In this document: piece after piece, positions 8,362-17,532 of the stretch
Layout: the number at the start of each line of letters is the position of its first letter
How positions within the stretch are numbered: the stretch's first letter is position 1
Virus record (IMG/VR): IMGVR_UViG_3300048580_000994
Location: 18,430 to 82,429 of that record
Length of the DNA stretch: 64,000 nucleotides
Source: a virus
Reading direction: 5' to 3' (one strand)
Position numbers and translations under genes: made by a program
The notes under the pieces: model-generated
Seen by the model: only the letters and a program-made list of their open reading frames with translations
Database searches by the model: none
What the model was told of the DNA's origin: nothing

Positions 8362-9099
8362 ATGGAAGATATGATTAATCGTGTATATTTGGGTAGTTGT
8401 TTAGATTTAATGGCTAAAATTCCAGATGGTAGTATTGATTTGGTAGTCACCGACCCGCCTTATGGCATTTTATTTGTGAACAACCATTCGAAAGAACAAT
8501 TTGAAGAAATATCAAATGATGATTTCGCAAGCACAAAACCATTGTTAGAAGAATATTTTAAAGAGTGCTATCGTATTTTAAAAGAAGATTCTGCTATTTA
8601 TAGTTTTTGTTCTTGGCATAAGGTTGATTTTTTTAAACAAGAAATTGAAAAATATTTTACAATGAAAAATTTATTATTATGGTCTAAAAAGGATGGTGAT
8701 ACCCCAACATCGAAGCCAATTCATACTACAGGTGATTTGGCTGGTGCATATGGAGTAAGTACCGAGTTGATAGTTTATGCCCATAAAGGTAGGTGTTTGA
8801 ATCGTGGGAAGCGTTATATTGATTTATTGTCATTTCCAAGGGAAAACACTAAATTAATAGGACACCCGACACCAAAACCACCATTGTTGCTAAAATTATT
8901 GATTGAAAATTCAAGTGATAAAGATGCAATTATTTTTGATGGATTCGCTGGTTCTGGGTCGACAGGGGTTGCCTGTGCAATGTCTGGAAGAAGATTTATA
9001 GGTGCAGAATTAAATGATGGTTATCATAAAATTGCCACAAAAAGAATTAATGATGAATTTGAAAAAATGAGTAACCCGTTAATTCAATGGGGGGATTAA
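8362..9099 (+). CDS. DNA N6-adenine/N4-cytosine methyltransferase (beta class)
   Basis: TDPPY, HPTPKP and DGFAGSGST motifs. Confidence 0.92.
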   Translation: MEDMINRVYLGSCLDLMAKIPDGSIDLVVTDPPYGILFVNNHSKEQFEEISNDDFASTKPLLEEYFKECYRILKEDSAIYSFCSWHKVDFFKQEIEKYFTMKNLLLWSKKDGDTPTSKPIHTTGDLAGAYGVSTELIVYAHKGRCLNRGKRYIDLLSFPRENTKLIGHPTPKPPLLLKLLIENSSDKDAIIFDGFAGSGSTGVACAMSGRRFIGAELNDGYHKIATKRINDEFEKMSNPLIQWGD

Positions 9100-9119
9100 T
9101 CCCCCATTGCTGGTTAATT

Positions 9120-10193
9120 TTATGGTATAAAATCACATTCCCATATGGTAATTAAATTAAATCCATCAGATAATAATTTATTTTCTCTTATTAATGTTGA
9201 TGTATATAGTTCACCGAATGTTTTCTTATTATTTGAATTAATATCTGATGGATTAAATTTAGATGGATTGCCGTGCCAATAATCACCATAAAATTCATAT
9301 ATAGTATTTGTTTCTGGGTTAAAGCCATCAACTTTTATTATTGATTTATCTGATAAAACTAATTCGATCTGTCTCATATTTTTTGGGATACCAATTGTGT
9401 CAAGCCATAAATTTTCTTTTTTACTTTGCAAACAATTTGGGCAATTCGAACCTGTCAAATGTAAGTCAGCTCTTTGTTGAAAAACACCATGTTTTTTACA
9501 AATTATATTGATTTTTGTTCTGGTGTTTATATATTCAACTAATGTGTAGTCATATTTATCACCATGAATTTTCTTGGCTTGTTCGATATATTCTGTTGTA
9601 GTTTTTCTGTTATTACCATAACATTTACTGCAACCAATACCAAGTAAATGTGTCCCAGGTGGTTGTTCAAAGTCGCCATGAATTGGGCAAGTTATTATTA
9701 TTTTTGTGGCTGCATTTATATATATAGTTTTATCATAATTATAAAAATTGTTGTGAATTGTTGATGCCTCTTTAATAAATTGTTCTTTTGTTTTTGTTTT
9801 ATTATCTGATGAGCACTTTGGGCATCCATGTCCACTAATATGATTGTCTGGTGTTTGTTCAAAATCACCATGAGTTGGGCATGTTATTACAATTTTATTA
9901 TCTGTTGATGTATAATTTATTTTATCATAATTATAAAAATTGTTGTGAATTGATGATGCTTCTTTAATAAATTGTTCTTTTGTTTTTCTACAACGTTGTG
10001 AGTTTTTTGCTCCTTTACATTTAGGACAACCATAACCTCTAGAATGGTTATCTGGTGTTTGTAAAAATATACCATGAGTTTTACAAATAATTTTTACTTT
10101 TTCTCTGGCTTTTTCATAAATGACAGATGTATAATCATATTTATTATTATGAATTTTTGATGATTTTTCTATAAATTTTAATAATTTTGACAT
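9120..10193 (-). CDS. Homing-type nuclease with tandem Zn-binding repeats (DUF723-like) and C-terminal PD-(D/E)xK/Vsr-like domain
   Basis: Four IICxxHGxFxQxPxxH..GCPKC repeats; VDGF...IYEFYGDYWHG...IWE. Confidence 0.8.
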   Translation of the reverse strand: MSKLLKFIEKSSKIHNNKYDYTSVIYEKAREKVKIICKTHGIFLQTPDNHSRGYGCPKCKGAKNSQRCRKTKEQFIKEASSIHNNFYNYDKINYTSTDNKIVITCPTHGDFEQTPDNHISGHGCPKCSSDNKTKTKEQFIKEASTIHNNFYNYDKTIYINAATKIIITCPIHGDFEQPPGTHLLGIGCSKCYGNNRKTTTEYIEQAKKIHGDKYDYTLVEYINTRTKINIICKKHGVFQQRADLHLTGSNCPNCLQSKKENLWLDTIGIPKNMRQIELVLSDKSIIKVDGFNPETNTIYEFYGDYWHGNPSKFNPSDINSNNKKTFGELYTSTLIRENKLLSDGFNLITIWECDFIP

Positions 10194-10366
10194 AATTTGT
10201 ATCCTTTTTGTATTAATTATATATTATATAATAGTATTTATCTTTTTGTCAATTTTAATGGTGGTTATGGTGCTAAAAACGAACTTTTTTAATCTTTTTG
10301 AATTTTAGTCCTTGACATCTAAGAAAAATCCAGCTATACTATGTGGACAATTTAGGAGTAACGACG

Positions 10367-10594
10367 ATGAACATTCATGTTATTGCGAAGAGCGCCAAGC
10401 AGAACCCCATCACTGAATGGGACGTTAGGATTGTTGGAAGCAATGAAGGAGAGCCTCTTGCCACCATTCGCAAGACTGATGAGGGGATTTTCATTCTTGA
10501 AGGTTTCGCTGAAGTGAAGGTTGGCAATAGTCTCAATGAAGTTAGGGACGAAGCCCAGTTTATTCTTGATAAGATGAGTGTGTTGATTAATTAA
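10367..10594 (+). CDS. Hypothetical early protein
   Basis: TTGACA..TATACT promoter and AGGAG RBS; start moved to MNIHV. Confidence 0.6.
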   Translation: MNIHVIAKSAKQNPITEWDVRIVGSNEGEPLATIRKTDEGIFILEGFAEVKVGNSLNEVRDEAQFILDKMSVLIN

Positions 10595-10602
10595 AAGGTT
10601 AT

Positions 10603-10683
10603 GCCGGAGTGATGTAATGGTAGCCTTGACGGTTTTAGAAACCGTTGTCGAAAGACGTGCAGGTTCAAGTCCTGTCTCCGGTA
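10603..10683 (+). tRNA. tRNA-Leu(TAG)
   Basis: Anticodon arm ACGGT-TTTAGAA-ACCGT; long arm. Confidence 0.9.
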
Positions 10684-10684
10684 C

Positions 10685-11860
10685 TTATTTTTTGTGTCTT
10701 GTCATTCCTCGCCAGAAACCTTCTGGTATTGTATCGTTATGATTTAATCTTGTATTAATTATTCCATTGGTTATATAAATTTTTCCAGACATAGATGCAC
10801 TTATTTTTTCTTTGTGTTCTTGGGTTTTTGATAAATGTTTGGATGTTATTACTATTGGTTGGATATTATTTTTATCCCAAGTTTGAATTTTTTTTATTAA
10901 TTCTTCGATGGACATTCCGATTCCAGTACCTTTAGTGATATTATCTAAATTGGATAATAATTGACAATTCGCTGGGTGTGATATAATTTTTGGGTCAATA
11001 TTATTTCTCCAGCCATATTCGACTGATATTATATGGTCTCTACAAACACCTTGTTTGTTATTAGTTGAATTGTAGAACCCATATTTTAATAATAAATCAT
11101 AGCCTTGTATATTTGGGTATAAGAAAACATCGAATAAAAATTTACATTCTTTTTTATAGATTTTTTTCTTATCTGTCATTTTTGTACCAGATTGTATTCT
11201 GTAATTTTGGTTTGCTATGGTTAATGTTCTTAAATTAATTCCTATTATTTTTAAAAACATTCCAAAATCACTATATTGGATTTTTAGATAGTTTTTAATT
11301 TCTTTTGCAGACATTTTTTCATTTGTGTATAGTCTATCTAATTCTTTTATTGAATTATTAATGTTTATTTGTGTTTGTTGATTGCCTAATTGAAAATTAA
11401 ATATATTAGCTAATTTTTTTGCAATCGGGAGTTTTGTTGGGTTATCCCACCCTGTGGCTGGTTTTAATTTAGGATGGTATATATTGCCTGTGATTGGGGA
11501 ATATTTAATTTTGGTATGTTGGTATTTGTTTTTTATTTTAATTGGGTTTTGTTTATTAATTTTTAATTTTTCAGATATTTGTTTTTTTGCGGTTTCAGGC
11601 ATTGCCCACCCGGTTTCTTTTCGTTTTTTATTATTATATTTAGCAGAACAAGAACTACTACAAAAATTGTTTGATTTATTATCATATTTTATCAAAATTC
11701 CACAATATAGACATTTTTTTGGGTTTTGGTTATATGTTTTGATGTTTTCATTTTTGGTATGATCGCCATAACATTTTGGTGAACAAAAAGTTGATGTTGT
11801 TTTTGCTGGTATAAATTCTTTTTTACATTCTGGGCATATAGCAGTTTTTTTCATTTGCAT
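10685..11860 (-). CDS. HNH-type endonuclease (Zn ribbons, HTH-like region, HPANC domain, NUMOD-like tail)
   Basis: RDHIIS...HPANC...DN motif; start moved to MQMKK after the CGGAGA RBS. Confidence 0.78.
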   Translation of the reverse strand: MQMKKTAICPECKKEFIPAKTTSTFCSPKCYGDHTKNENIKTYNQNPKKCLYCGILIKYDNKSNNFCSSSCSAKYNNKKRKETGWAMPETAKKQISEKLKINKQNPIKIKNKYQHTKIKYSPITGNIYHPKLKPATGWDNPTKLPIAKKLANIFNFQLGNQQTQININNSIKELDRLYTNEKMSAKEIKNYLKIQYSDFGMFLKIIGINLRTLTIANQNYRIQSGTKMTDKKKIYKKECKFLFDVFLYPNIQGYDLLLKYGFYNSTNNKQGVCRDHIISVEYGWRNNIDPKIISHPANCQLLSNLDNITKGTGIGMSIEELIKKIQTWDKNNIQPIVITSKHLSKTQEHKEKISASMSGKIYITNGIINTRLNHNDTIPEGFWRGMTRHKK

Positions 11861-11890
11861 TTTCTCCGAATAAAGTATATAAATAAAAGG

Positions 11891-11949
11891 AGTGGGACAA
11901 GCCCTTCTCCGATGGGTTTCCAATACTTCCGACGGTGTTGGATACCACT
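11891..11949 (+). ncRNA. Nuclease-divergent sRNA, copy 3
   Basis: AGTGG..AAGCCC-TTCTCCGAT-GGGTTT..CAATAC/GTGTTG..CCACT. Confidence 0.75.
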
Positions 11950-12002
11950 ACTATTTATATTATTTATCATTTTAGTTGTAATTGTCAATATTTAATTTTT
12001 AT

Positions 12003-12078
12003 GGGTGTGTGAAGGGAATTTGGTATACCTTGTGTTCTTAGAAATCACAGTTTGCAGGTTCGATGCCTGTCGCACCCA
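12003..12078 (+). tRNA. tRNA-Leu(TAG) with short variable region
   Basis: Anticodon arm GTGTT-CTTAGAA-ATCAC; acceptor GGGTGTG/CGCACCC. Confidence 0.75.
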
Positions 12079-12093
12079 CTAAAATGTTTTTAT

Positions 12094-12167
12094 GGTCTTA
12101 TAGTGAAATTGGATATAACATCAGTCTACGAAACTGAAGATGGTGGGTTCAAATCCTCCTAAGACCG
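12094..12167 (+). tRNA. tRNA-Arg(ACG)
   Basis: Anticodon arm TCAGT-CTACGAA-ACTGA. Confidence 0.9.
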
Positions 12168-12176
12168 CTTATATTA

Positions 12177-12248
12177 TGGCTGGGCTGCAAGGTGCAGGGC
12201 TGTCTCTCATAAGGACGGATGCGTGGATTCGATTTCCATACCAGCCAC
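12177..12248 (+). tRNA. tRNA(CAT) Met or Ile2
   Basis: Anticodon arm TGTCT-CTCATAA-GGACG. Confidence 0.7.
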
Positions 12249-12259
12249 TACTAAAAAGT

Positions 12260-12368
12260 TTTTGAGCCGTTTATAAAACGTTATCTTTTTTTGTCAAAAA
12301 GACCTGTCAGTTCGACTCTGGCGATGGGCGGATTCCCGGTTTACATGTTTTATTACCATTTGTTCAAA
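12260..12368 (+). ncRNA. Permuted-tRNA scaffold element A
   Basis: TTTGAGC-CG..ATAAAACG-TTATC..[anticodon-like arm, T arm GTCAG-TTCGACT-CTGGC]..TGTTTTAT-TACC-ATTT-GTTCAAA. Confidence 0.7.
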
Positions 12369-12372
12369 AAAT

Positions 12373-12458
12373 GCGGGTAGCAGACATCTGGGGGTGTCAC
12401 CGGTCTTCCAAACCGGCTACTGTAAAAGGTATTTTGGATTCGATTTCCACTACCCGCT
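12373..12458 (+). tRNA. tRNA-Gly(TCC) with long variable arm
   Basis: Anticodon arm CCGGT-CTTCCAA-ACCGG; acceptor GCGGGTA/TACCCGC. Confidence 0.8.
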
Positions 12459-12460
12459 CT

Positions 12461-12593
12461 AAATTTGTGCCGAATAAGGAAGATTATCTCAAAACTGTGT
12501 GTTGTGATTTTCGAATGTCACCATCTTTTCGAAGATGTAGCTCAATGGTAGAGCAATAGTCAAAAACACTTCTTTAACACCTTGCATAAATTT
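12461..12593 (+). ncRNA. Permuted-tRNA scaffold element B (acceptor closed by TTCG)
   Basis: T arm, then CATCTT-TTCG-AAGATG, then D arm TAGCTCAATGGTAGAGCA inside the conserved scaffold. Confidence 0.8.
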
Positions 12594-12600
12594 AAAATTT

Positions 12601-12735
12601 AAGAGCCGTATGAAAAATGTTATCCTGTTAAGATCGAAGTCGTGAGTTCGATTCTCACTTACCCCGCTAAAAATATATTATGGGGTAATAACTCAGTGGT
12701 AGAGTGCGTAAAGTGTTTTTCAACCATTTGCTCTT
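12601..12735 (+). ncRNA. Permuted-tRNA scaffold element C: circularly permuted tRNA-Asn(GTT)
   Basis: 3' half 12622-12666 precedes 5' half 12682-12708; joined they give anticodon arm CGATC-CTGTTAA-GATCG and acceptor GGGGTAA/TTACCCC-G. Confidence 0.85.
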
Positions 12736-12739
12736 ATAT

Positions 12740-12812
12740 CACCCTATCGTATAATTGGATAGTACCACACACTCTCAATGTGTAAATACGGGATCATAGC
12801 CCGTTAGGGTGA
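12740..12812 (+). tRNA. tRNA-Glu(CTC)
   Basis: Anticodon arm ACACA-CTCTCAA-TGTGT. Confidence 0.8.
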
Positions 12813-12815
12813 CGA

Positions 12816-12945
12816 AATCGTTATAGGGAACAACAACCTTTCGCAAGAATGGGTTGCCCTATGACGTAATAGGTCAACGACGACCAAGTTCAAGTGTTTA
12901 TCGTGCTTTGGAAAATCCCACTATACCGGTTGTGTGGGAACGATT
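12816..12945 (+). ncRNA. Unclassified multi-hairpin RNA between tRNAs
   Basis: AATCGTT/AACGATT closure with internal hairpins; no ORF. Confidence 0.4.
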
Positions 12946-12950
12946 ATTTT

Positions 12951-13023
12951 TGCCCCTTGGCGCAACTGGTAGCGCAGCGCACTCTGAATGCGAAGGTTCC
13001 AATTTCGAATATTGGAGGGGCAG
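12951..13023 (+). tRNA. tRNA-Gln(CTG)
   Basis: Anticodon arm CGCA-CTCTGAA-TGCG; acceptor TGCCCCT/AGGGGCA. Confidence 0.85.
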
Positions 13024-13028
13024 CTAAA

Positions 13029-13099
13029 ATAAGCCGAAGGTAAATGGTTATCGCAAACATCAACTTTGAAAAAACATCATTCACCAACCCTTGCTTATT
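13029..13099 (+). ncRNA. Scaffold element D (minimal insert)
   Basis: ATAAGC-CG-AA-GGTAAATGG-TTATC...TCATTCACC-AACC-CTT-GCTTAT. Confidence 0.7.
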
Positions 13100-14135
13100 T
13101 TATTATTTTTTGTTTTGATAGAATTATATATCCTTTTATAGCTAATTTATCATAGCTTATCTTTGTAAAAATATTATGATTTTTTAGGAATTCTCTCATA
13201 TTATTTGTTGTTATAATTGATTTGTCAGGTAATTGAATTTTATACAGGAATTGTGGGTTAGGTTTTCTGGTTGTTGGTGATATATAATTTGGATTTTGTT
13301 GTTTAAGAAATTCTCTGGATTCTTTGGGTGTTCTTATTGATATATTTAATAATCTTAATAATTTATGCAAACCACCAGTGTTTTTATGATTAACTAACCT
13401 ACTAAGTTCTATAGAACTATATTTATTATATAAATTTTTGGCATAGTTTTTACATAATTCCCAATCAGTAATAAAGTTTGGTGTGCCTAAATTTGCCAGA
13501 TTCAAATTAAAATATTTGTTTAATCCTGGTAATGCTTGTTTACTCATATCTATTTTGCATATTTGGCATAGTGTTTTTGATTTATGTCTTGTGCCGCAAA
13601 ATGGACAGATCGTTAATTTTAATTTTTTTTCTTCTAATGATAATTTTGGTTGATAACCGTTTTTTGGCCCATACCATCCTTGTCCTATATATTCTTCTAT
13701 TAATGTTTTTGGGACTTGTTTTTGTAAGTTTATTATCCAAGAATGTGTGACCCAGCACATTCCATATCTTGGGTTTTTGCTACCTGTAAATTGTTGCATT
13801 GTTTTGCTCATGTTTTTTCTGGCATATTCATATAAATGGGAATTAAAATATCTATGATTATTTACAGTTGTTTTCATCATATTAAAAGCTCTGACCATAC
13901 TATACCAATTCTCTGTATTAATTGGTAACATTTTACAAAGAAGATAGTGGCATATAAAATGTTCTCTGGCAGTTAATAGAACTAAATTTTCTTTGGTGTT
14001 ATCCCCTTTCAATGATTTTGGTAATATATGGTGTTTTTCATAATATTGGGTTTTGGATTTAACCCTTGGTTGTGATTTGGCATTAGTAATAATATTATAA
14101 TACCAGTTGTAGTATTTATTTTTTATAAAAATCAT
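13095..14135 (-). CDS. HNH homing endonuclease (Mob-like, N-terminal HNH)
   Basis: YYEKHHILPKSLKGDNTKENLVLLTAREHFICHYLL. Confidence 0.88.
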   Translation of the reverse strand: MIFIKNKYYNWYYNIITNAKSQPRVKSKTQYYEKHHILPKSLKGDNTKENLVLLTAREHFICHYLLCKMLPINTENWYSMVRAFNMMKTTVNNHRYFNSHLYEYARKNMSKTMQQFTGSKNPRYGMCWVTHSWIINLQKQVPKTLIEEYIGQGWYGPKNGYQPKLSLEEKKLKLTICPFCGTRHKSKTLCQICKIDMSKQALPGLNKYFNLNLANLGTPNFITDWELCKNYAKNLYNKYSSIELSRLVNHKNTGGLHKLLRLLNISIRTPKESREFLKQQNPNYISPTTRKPNPQFLYKIQLPDKSIITTNNMREFLKNHNIFTKISYDKLAIKGYIILSKQKIIK

Positions 14136-14170
14136 TTTGACTTATCTCCAGTCTAAAGTTATAAATAGAT

Positions 14171-14230
14171 GAGCGGGACAAGCCCTACTCCAGTTGGGTT
14201 TCAATTATCGTCAAATAATTGATACCGCTC
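14171..14230 (+). ncRNA. Nuclease-divergent sRNA, copy 4
   Basis: Covariant P1 GAGCGG/CCGCTC; loop TACTCCAGTT. Confidence 0.75.
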
Positions 14231-14299
14231 CTAATCTTATTTATCTTTTTGTTTCAGAATTGCGTATTTTATTTTTTTACCAATAAAGGAGGGACTATC

Positions 14300-14524
14300 A
14301 TGACCAATACACATACACAATGCGAGCTAAGACGTGGAAATTTCACACAAGTTGCTTGGATACCAAGCGAATATGCTACAGTCGGGAAGTATCTCAAATT
14401 GAAATATAATGGTACTTGGAACGATGGATGGAAAGTGGAACAATTGGGTTCATCCCAAGACAGTGACTTTACCAGAGAACGTTCACAAGATTATAAAAAT
14501 ATGAGAAAGATGACCGATATCTAG
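14300..14524 (+). CDS. Hypothetical protein
   Basis: AAGGAGG RBS before MTNTHTQC. Confidence 0.6.
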   Translation: MTNTHTQCELRRGNFTQVAWIPSEYATVGKYLKLKYNGTWNDGWKVEQLGSSQDSDFTRERSQDYKNMRKMTDI

Positions 14525-14703
14525 GATATCGGTCTTTTTTTATGACCAAAATTACAATTTTTAATTGTGGTTTGATAGTGTTGGAAATTCTAAGAATTTC
14601 TGTAACCATTAAAAACTATCACAACATTGCACCAATGGTCCAGTTGACGGGCATTGTTAGGAAACGTGCGAATCGTTCTTGGTGTACAACATGGAGAAAT
14701 ATC

Positions 14704-14979
14704 ATGGTAGGAAGAATCGAAAACTATATCCATTCGGATTCACAAATCACCCATAAGGGTGGGGTAATAGTCAAAGTAACAGCCCAAACAGATTTCGCTG
14801 CGAGAACGTTAGAGTTTATCCAGTTCGTTCAATTTATTCCAAAATATTGCTATGCTTGTGGGGGCGAAACATGGAATGACGTGATCGAAATGTTCCCAGA
14901 GTTGGAAGACAAACGTATCGCAGTTGAAAAAATCTTGAAAGAAACCATTCAGGTATCCTTCAAGACACTTCAAGTATAA
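14704..14979 (+). CDS. Mini EF-Ts-like protein (single core subdomain)
   Basis: GRIENYIH...GGVIVKVTAQTDFAARTLEF matches the EF-Ts G-I-sYIH..G.lve..ETDFVAR segment; GGAG RBS. Confidence 0.7.
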   Translation: MVGRIENYIHSDSQITHKGGVIVKVTAQTDFAARTLEFIQFVQFIPKYCYACGGETWNDVIEMFPELEDKRIAVEKILKETIQVSFKTLQV

Positions 14980-15018
14980 AATAACCCGACACACAGTTAT
15001 CGCAACGATAATATCTGT

Positions 15019-15537
15019 TCAGTGTGTCGGGTCATTTTTAATGAAAAAATTCTTGATCCTTTCTTTCGTTGAAAGTATCATAATCTTAAAATTATATGCA
15101 ATTTTTTTAACAATATTCCACACTGAAAGTGATGTGATATAATTGTGAATTCGTTGCTTTATGTTTTTAATATGGGTATATAAAAATAAAAACCATTTGA
15201 TACTTAAAAGCTTTTCTTTGGTTTGTTGAAATATCCAAACAGTGGGTATAAAACCAAATAATTTTGAACATACCCATATTATAGAGCCATTTATAAAATC
15301 ACCACCAGCTATTAATAAATATGCCCAACCAGCAACAATCTCACTAATACCAAATGGTATGGCAAATAATGTTAAAATAACATATGCATGAAATGTTTGT
15401 AGAAATAATCCAAACGCTATCATGTATGGATGATTGGATATGAATTTTAAAATCTGTCTTGAAGTATACCAAACAAATTCATATACCAAAAACAAAATCG
15501 CTGAAATGTATTTTATTAATAACGTAATTTTCTTCAT
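15019..15537 (-). CDS. Multi-pass membrane protein
   Basis: Several hydrophobic helices. Confidence 0.65.
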   Translation of the reverse strand: MKKITLLIKYISAILFLVYEFVWYTSRQILKFISNHPYMIAFGLFLQTFHAYVILTLFAIPFGISEIVAGWAYLLIAGGDFINGSIIWVCSKLFGFIPTVWIFQQTKEKLLSIKWFLFLYTHIKNIKQRIHNYITSLSVWNIVKKIAYNFKIMILSTKERIKNFFIKNDPTH

Positions 15538-16243
15538 AATAAATTATTTAGCATTTATTAAATGGTGTTTTCAAATTAAAAATGATAATATGATAAATGG
15601 AAATAAATTGTGTTTCCATAATAAAGGAAACCCATATTATGAAAAAACCATTCGTGTCATGCTTCGCAGATATCGGGACTACCAGAGAACAATCACCAGA
15701 AATGAAAGCAGCCAAAGCCCATTATGCTAAAATGGTCAATGATCTAAGAATTAAAAATGAAAAGAAAGACCTTAAACCATTGGGTGAAGAAACTAAAAAA
15801 GAATGATGGATATGGGGACTAAAATCCCCCATATTTTTTTTAAAAACGTTGAAAATAATTTGACACAAGTTGGATTATAGGGTATAAATAAAAGAATGGA
15901 AAGCGACGTTGGAAGGATTTTTGGAGATTTTTTAATGATAAATAGTTTGGACCAAAAAATAAAATTACCAGATGGTGTATATACTTTAAAATTTTTATTT
16001 GATAATGGTAGAGCAGAATATTATCTTTGTCCATCTTTAGGTAGACCTTGGGGGATAACAACCCCAGCACACTTTATAGATTTTGATGGGTCAAAATTAT
16101 GTATCGAAATTAGTGAAAAATTAAAAAATAAATTAAAAATAATTTGACAAAAACGTTGGAGTAGAGTATAAATAAAGAATAGAAAGAAACGTTGAAGAAA
16201 AAAGTTAGACAGAAGTGTTAAATGGAATTTTAGAACACTTTAT

Positions 16244-16363
16244 GCCGGATTAGCAAAGCGGTCGAATGCACCGGTTTTGTTAAGCACAGAGGGCGTGGTA
16301 ATTCACGATGTGTGCTTTACAAACCGGTATCCCACAACGCAGGTTCGAATCCTGTGTCCGGCA
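16244..16363 (+). tRNA. tRNA-Thr(TGT) with 40-nt anticodon-loop intron (about 16281-16320)
   Basis: Removing the hairpin insert restores CCGGT-TTTGTAA-ACCGG; acceptor GCCGGAT/GTCCGGC. Confidence 0.8.
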
Positions 16364-16420
16364 CTACACCTTATTGAAAAATAAGGATAATTTTCATTCA
16401 TCAATGATGAATGAAACCTC

Positions 16421-16593
16421 GGGGCTAAAGTGTTGACGGGGGCACGATAGATTTTTCCGTGGCGGGTAACGCTTCGGGTGGATTATGAAAAATTATAATC
16501 CTACTGATGGACAAGGGTTGAAGCCCCTTTATGTGCAAGTCATATAGTCCAAGTGGCATTCTATAAGGCGGGTTTCGATTACCCGTAGCTCCA
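16421..16593 (+). tRNA. tRNA-Ala(GGC or TGC) with about 101-nt anticodon-loop intron
   Basis: Acceptor GGGGCTA/TAGCTCC with G3:U70; anticodon arm ATAGA-TT[insert]GGCAT-TCTAT. Confidence 0.78.
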
Positions 16594-16625
16594 CTAAGTA
16601 ATTTGTATTAAAGGACTCTATTAAT

Positions 16626-17492
16626 TTAGAGTCCTTTTTCTTTTTTAACATACTCCCAATTTAGATTTTCATATTTGTCTATGATAAGAAAATTCTTATT
16701 GTATATTTTTAACCATTTATCGATCCTAACCATTTGTTCTGGATTTTTCCAAGCCTTTGGGTCAAGATATAAATTAAAATCTGGTAAGAAAAAATCTGGT
16801 GTGTATGAACTGCCGCCACCAATCCAAAAATGATATGCTCGTTTCCATTTTATTCCTGCTTTATCAAGTTCATTTGCCATTTTCCATTCCCAAGTAGAAT
16901 CTAACTGGCATTCCCTTCCAAAAGAATCTATATATTGAATTTTTTTGGACCAACCACTGGCTGATCTCCATTCTGGGTGTAGTGCAATCCCGCTTGGGTT
17001 TGCCAAACAGCGTTGTCTGAGTTTTTCTTTTGTTTCGTCTGAGTGTGTGGTTTGTAATCCAGATGTAAATTGATTACCAAAAGATTCGTGGGTTGAACCT
17101 AATTTATATAAATGAGTATCTTGGTGTTGTATACCATTTTCAGTATGAGATAGCCAATAATGTGATAATAACGATGTTCTTGAATTAAAATTTTGTTGGC
17201 AATTCGGACATACCCATAAATTATTAATTAGACAATCATTTGTTATTATAGATGCAACATTAGTTTTTAATTTGTTTGGTCCAGTAAAATAAGTCCCGTC
17301 ACAGGAGTCATTGTGTTTTTTAAAATTGCTTTTAGATATTTCTCTGTTGCATTTTTCGCAGCATTTTGTTGCTTTTAATGCAGTTGATAAATTTTCGCTT
17401 CTGCATTTATCTGAACAATAATTTTTTCTTCTATTGGTTGTTGTGAATGCTGTTTTGCAGTGCTGGCATATTTTAGTTTTTTCTTTGCTCAT
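16626..17492 (-). CDS. Zn-finger PD-(D/E)xK homing-type nuclease
   Basis: STWE...YTPDFFLPDFNLYLDPK; N-terminal CxxC/C2H2 fingers; HSDETKEKL NUMOD3-like motif. Confidence 0.78.
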   Translation of the reverse strand: MSKEKTKICQHCKTAFTTTNRRKNYCSDKCRSENLSTALKATKCCEKCNREISKSNFKKHNDSCDGTYFTGPNKLKTNVASIITNDCLINNLWVCPNCQQNFNSRTSLLSHYWLSHTENGIQHQDTHLYKLGSTHESFGNQFTSGLQTTHSDETKEKLRQRCLANPSGIALHPEWRSASGWSKKIQYIDSFGRECQLDSTWEWKMANELDKAGIKWKRAYHFWIGGGSSYTPDFFLPDFNLYLDPKAWKNPEQMVRIDKWLKIYNKNFLIIDKYENLNWEYVKKEKGL

Positions 17493-17532
17493 TTTATTGA
17501 CCTCTCTAAAATTAAATGTTATAAATAAGAAT

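Noticed and set aside
57-8450. Many short ORFs overlapping tRNA genes (e.g. 57-251, 914-1168, 2736-3089, 4494-4868, 7685-8065)
   Set aside because: They are shadows of GC-rich RNA genes, with no RBS or protein motifs.
11861-11923. ORF-track N-terminal extension METHRRRACP of the 412-aa nuclease
   Set aside because: It runs through the conserved non-coding cassette. Paralogs start at MK(I/M)KKTAIC just after the SD.
14984-15032. Long hairpin containing TTATC as a sixth scaffold copy
   Set aside because: It lacks the GC-CG and ACC-TT-GC internal loop and lies between convergent genes, so a terminator is more likely.
16421-16593. tmRNA call for the GGGGCT...TAGCTCCA element
   Set aside because: It is only 173 nt, has a D stem and anticodon stem, and has no tag ORF. 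An intron-containing tRNA-Ala fits better.
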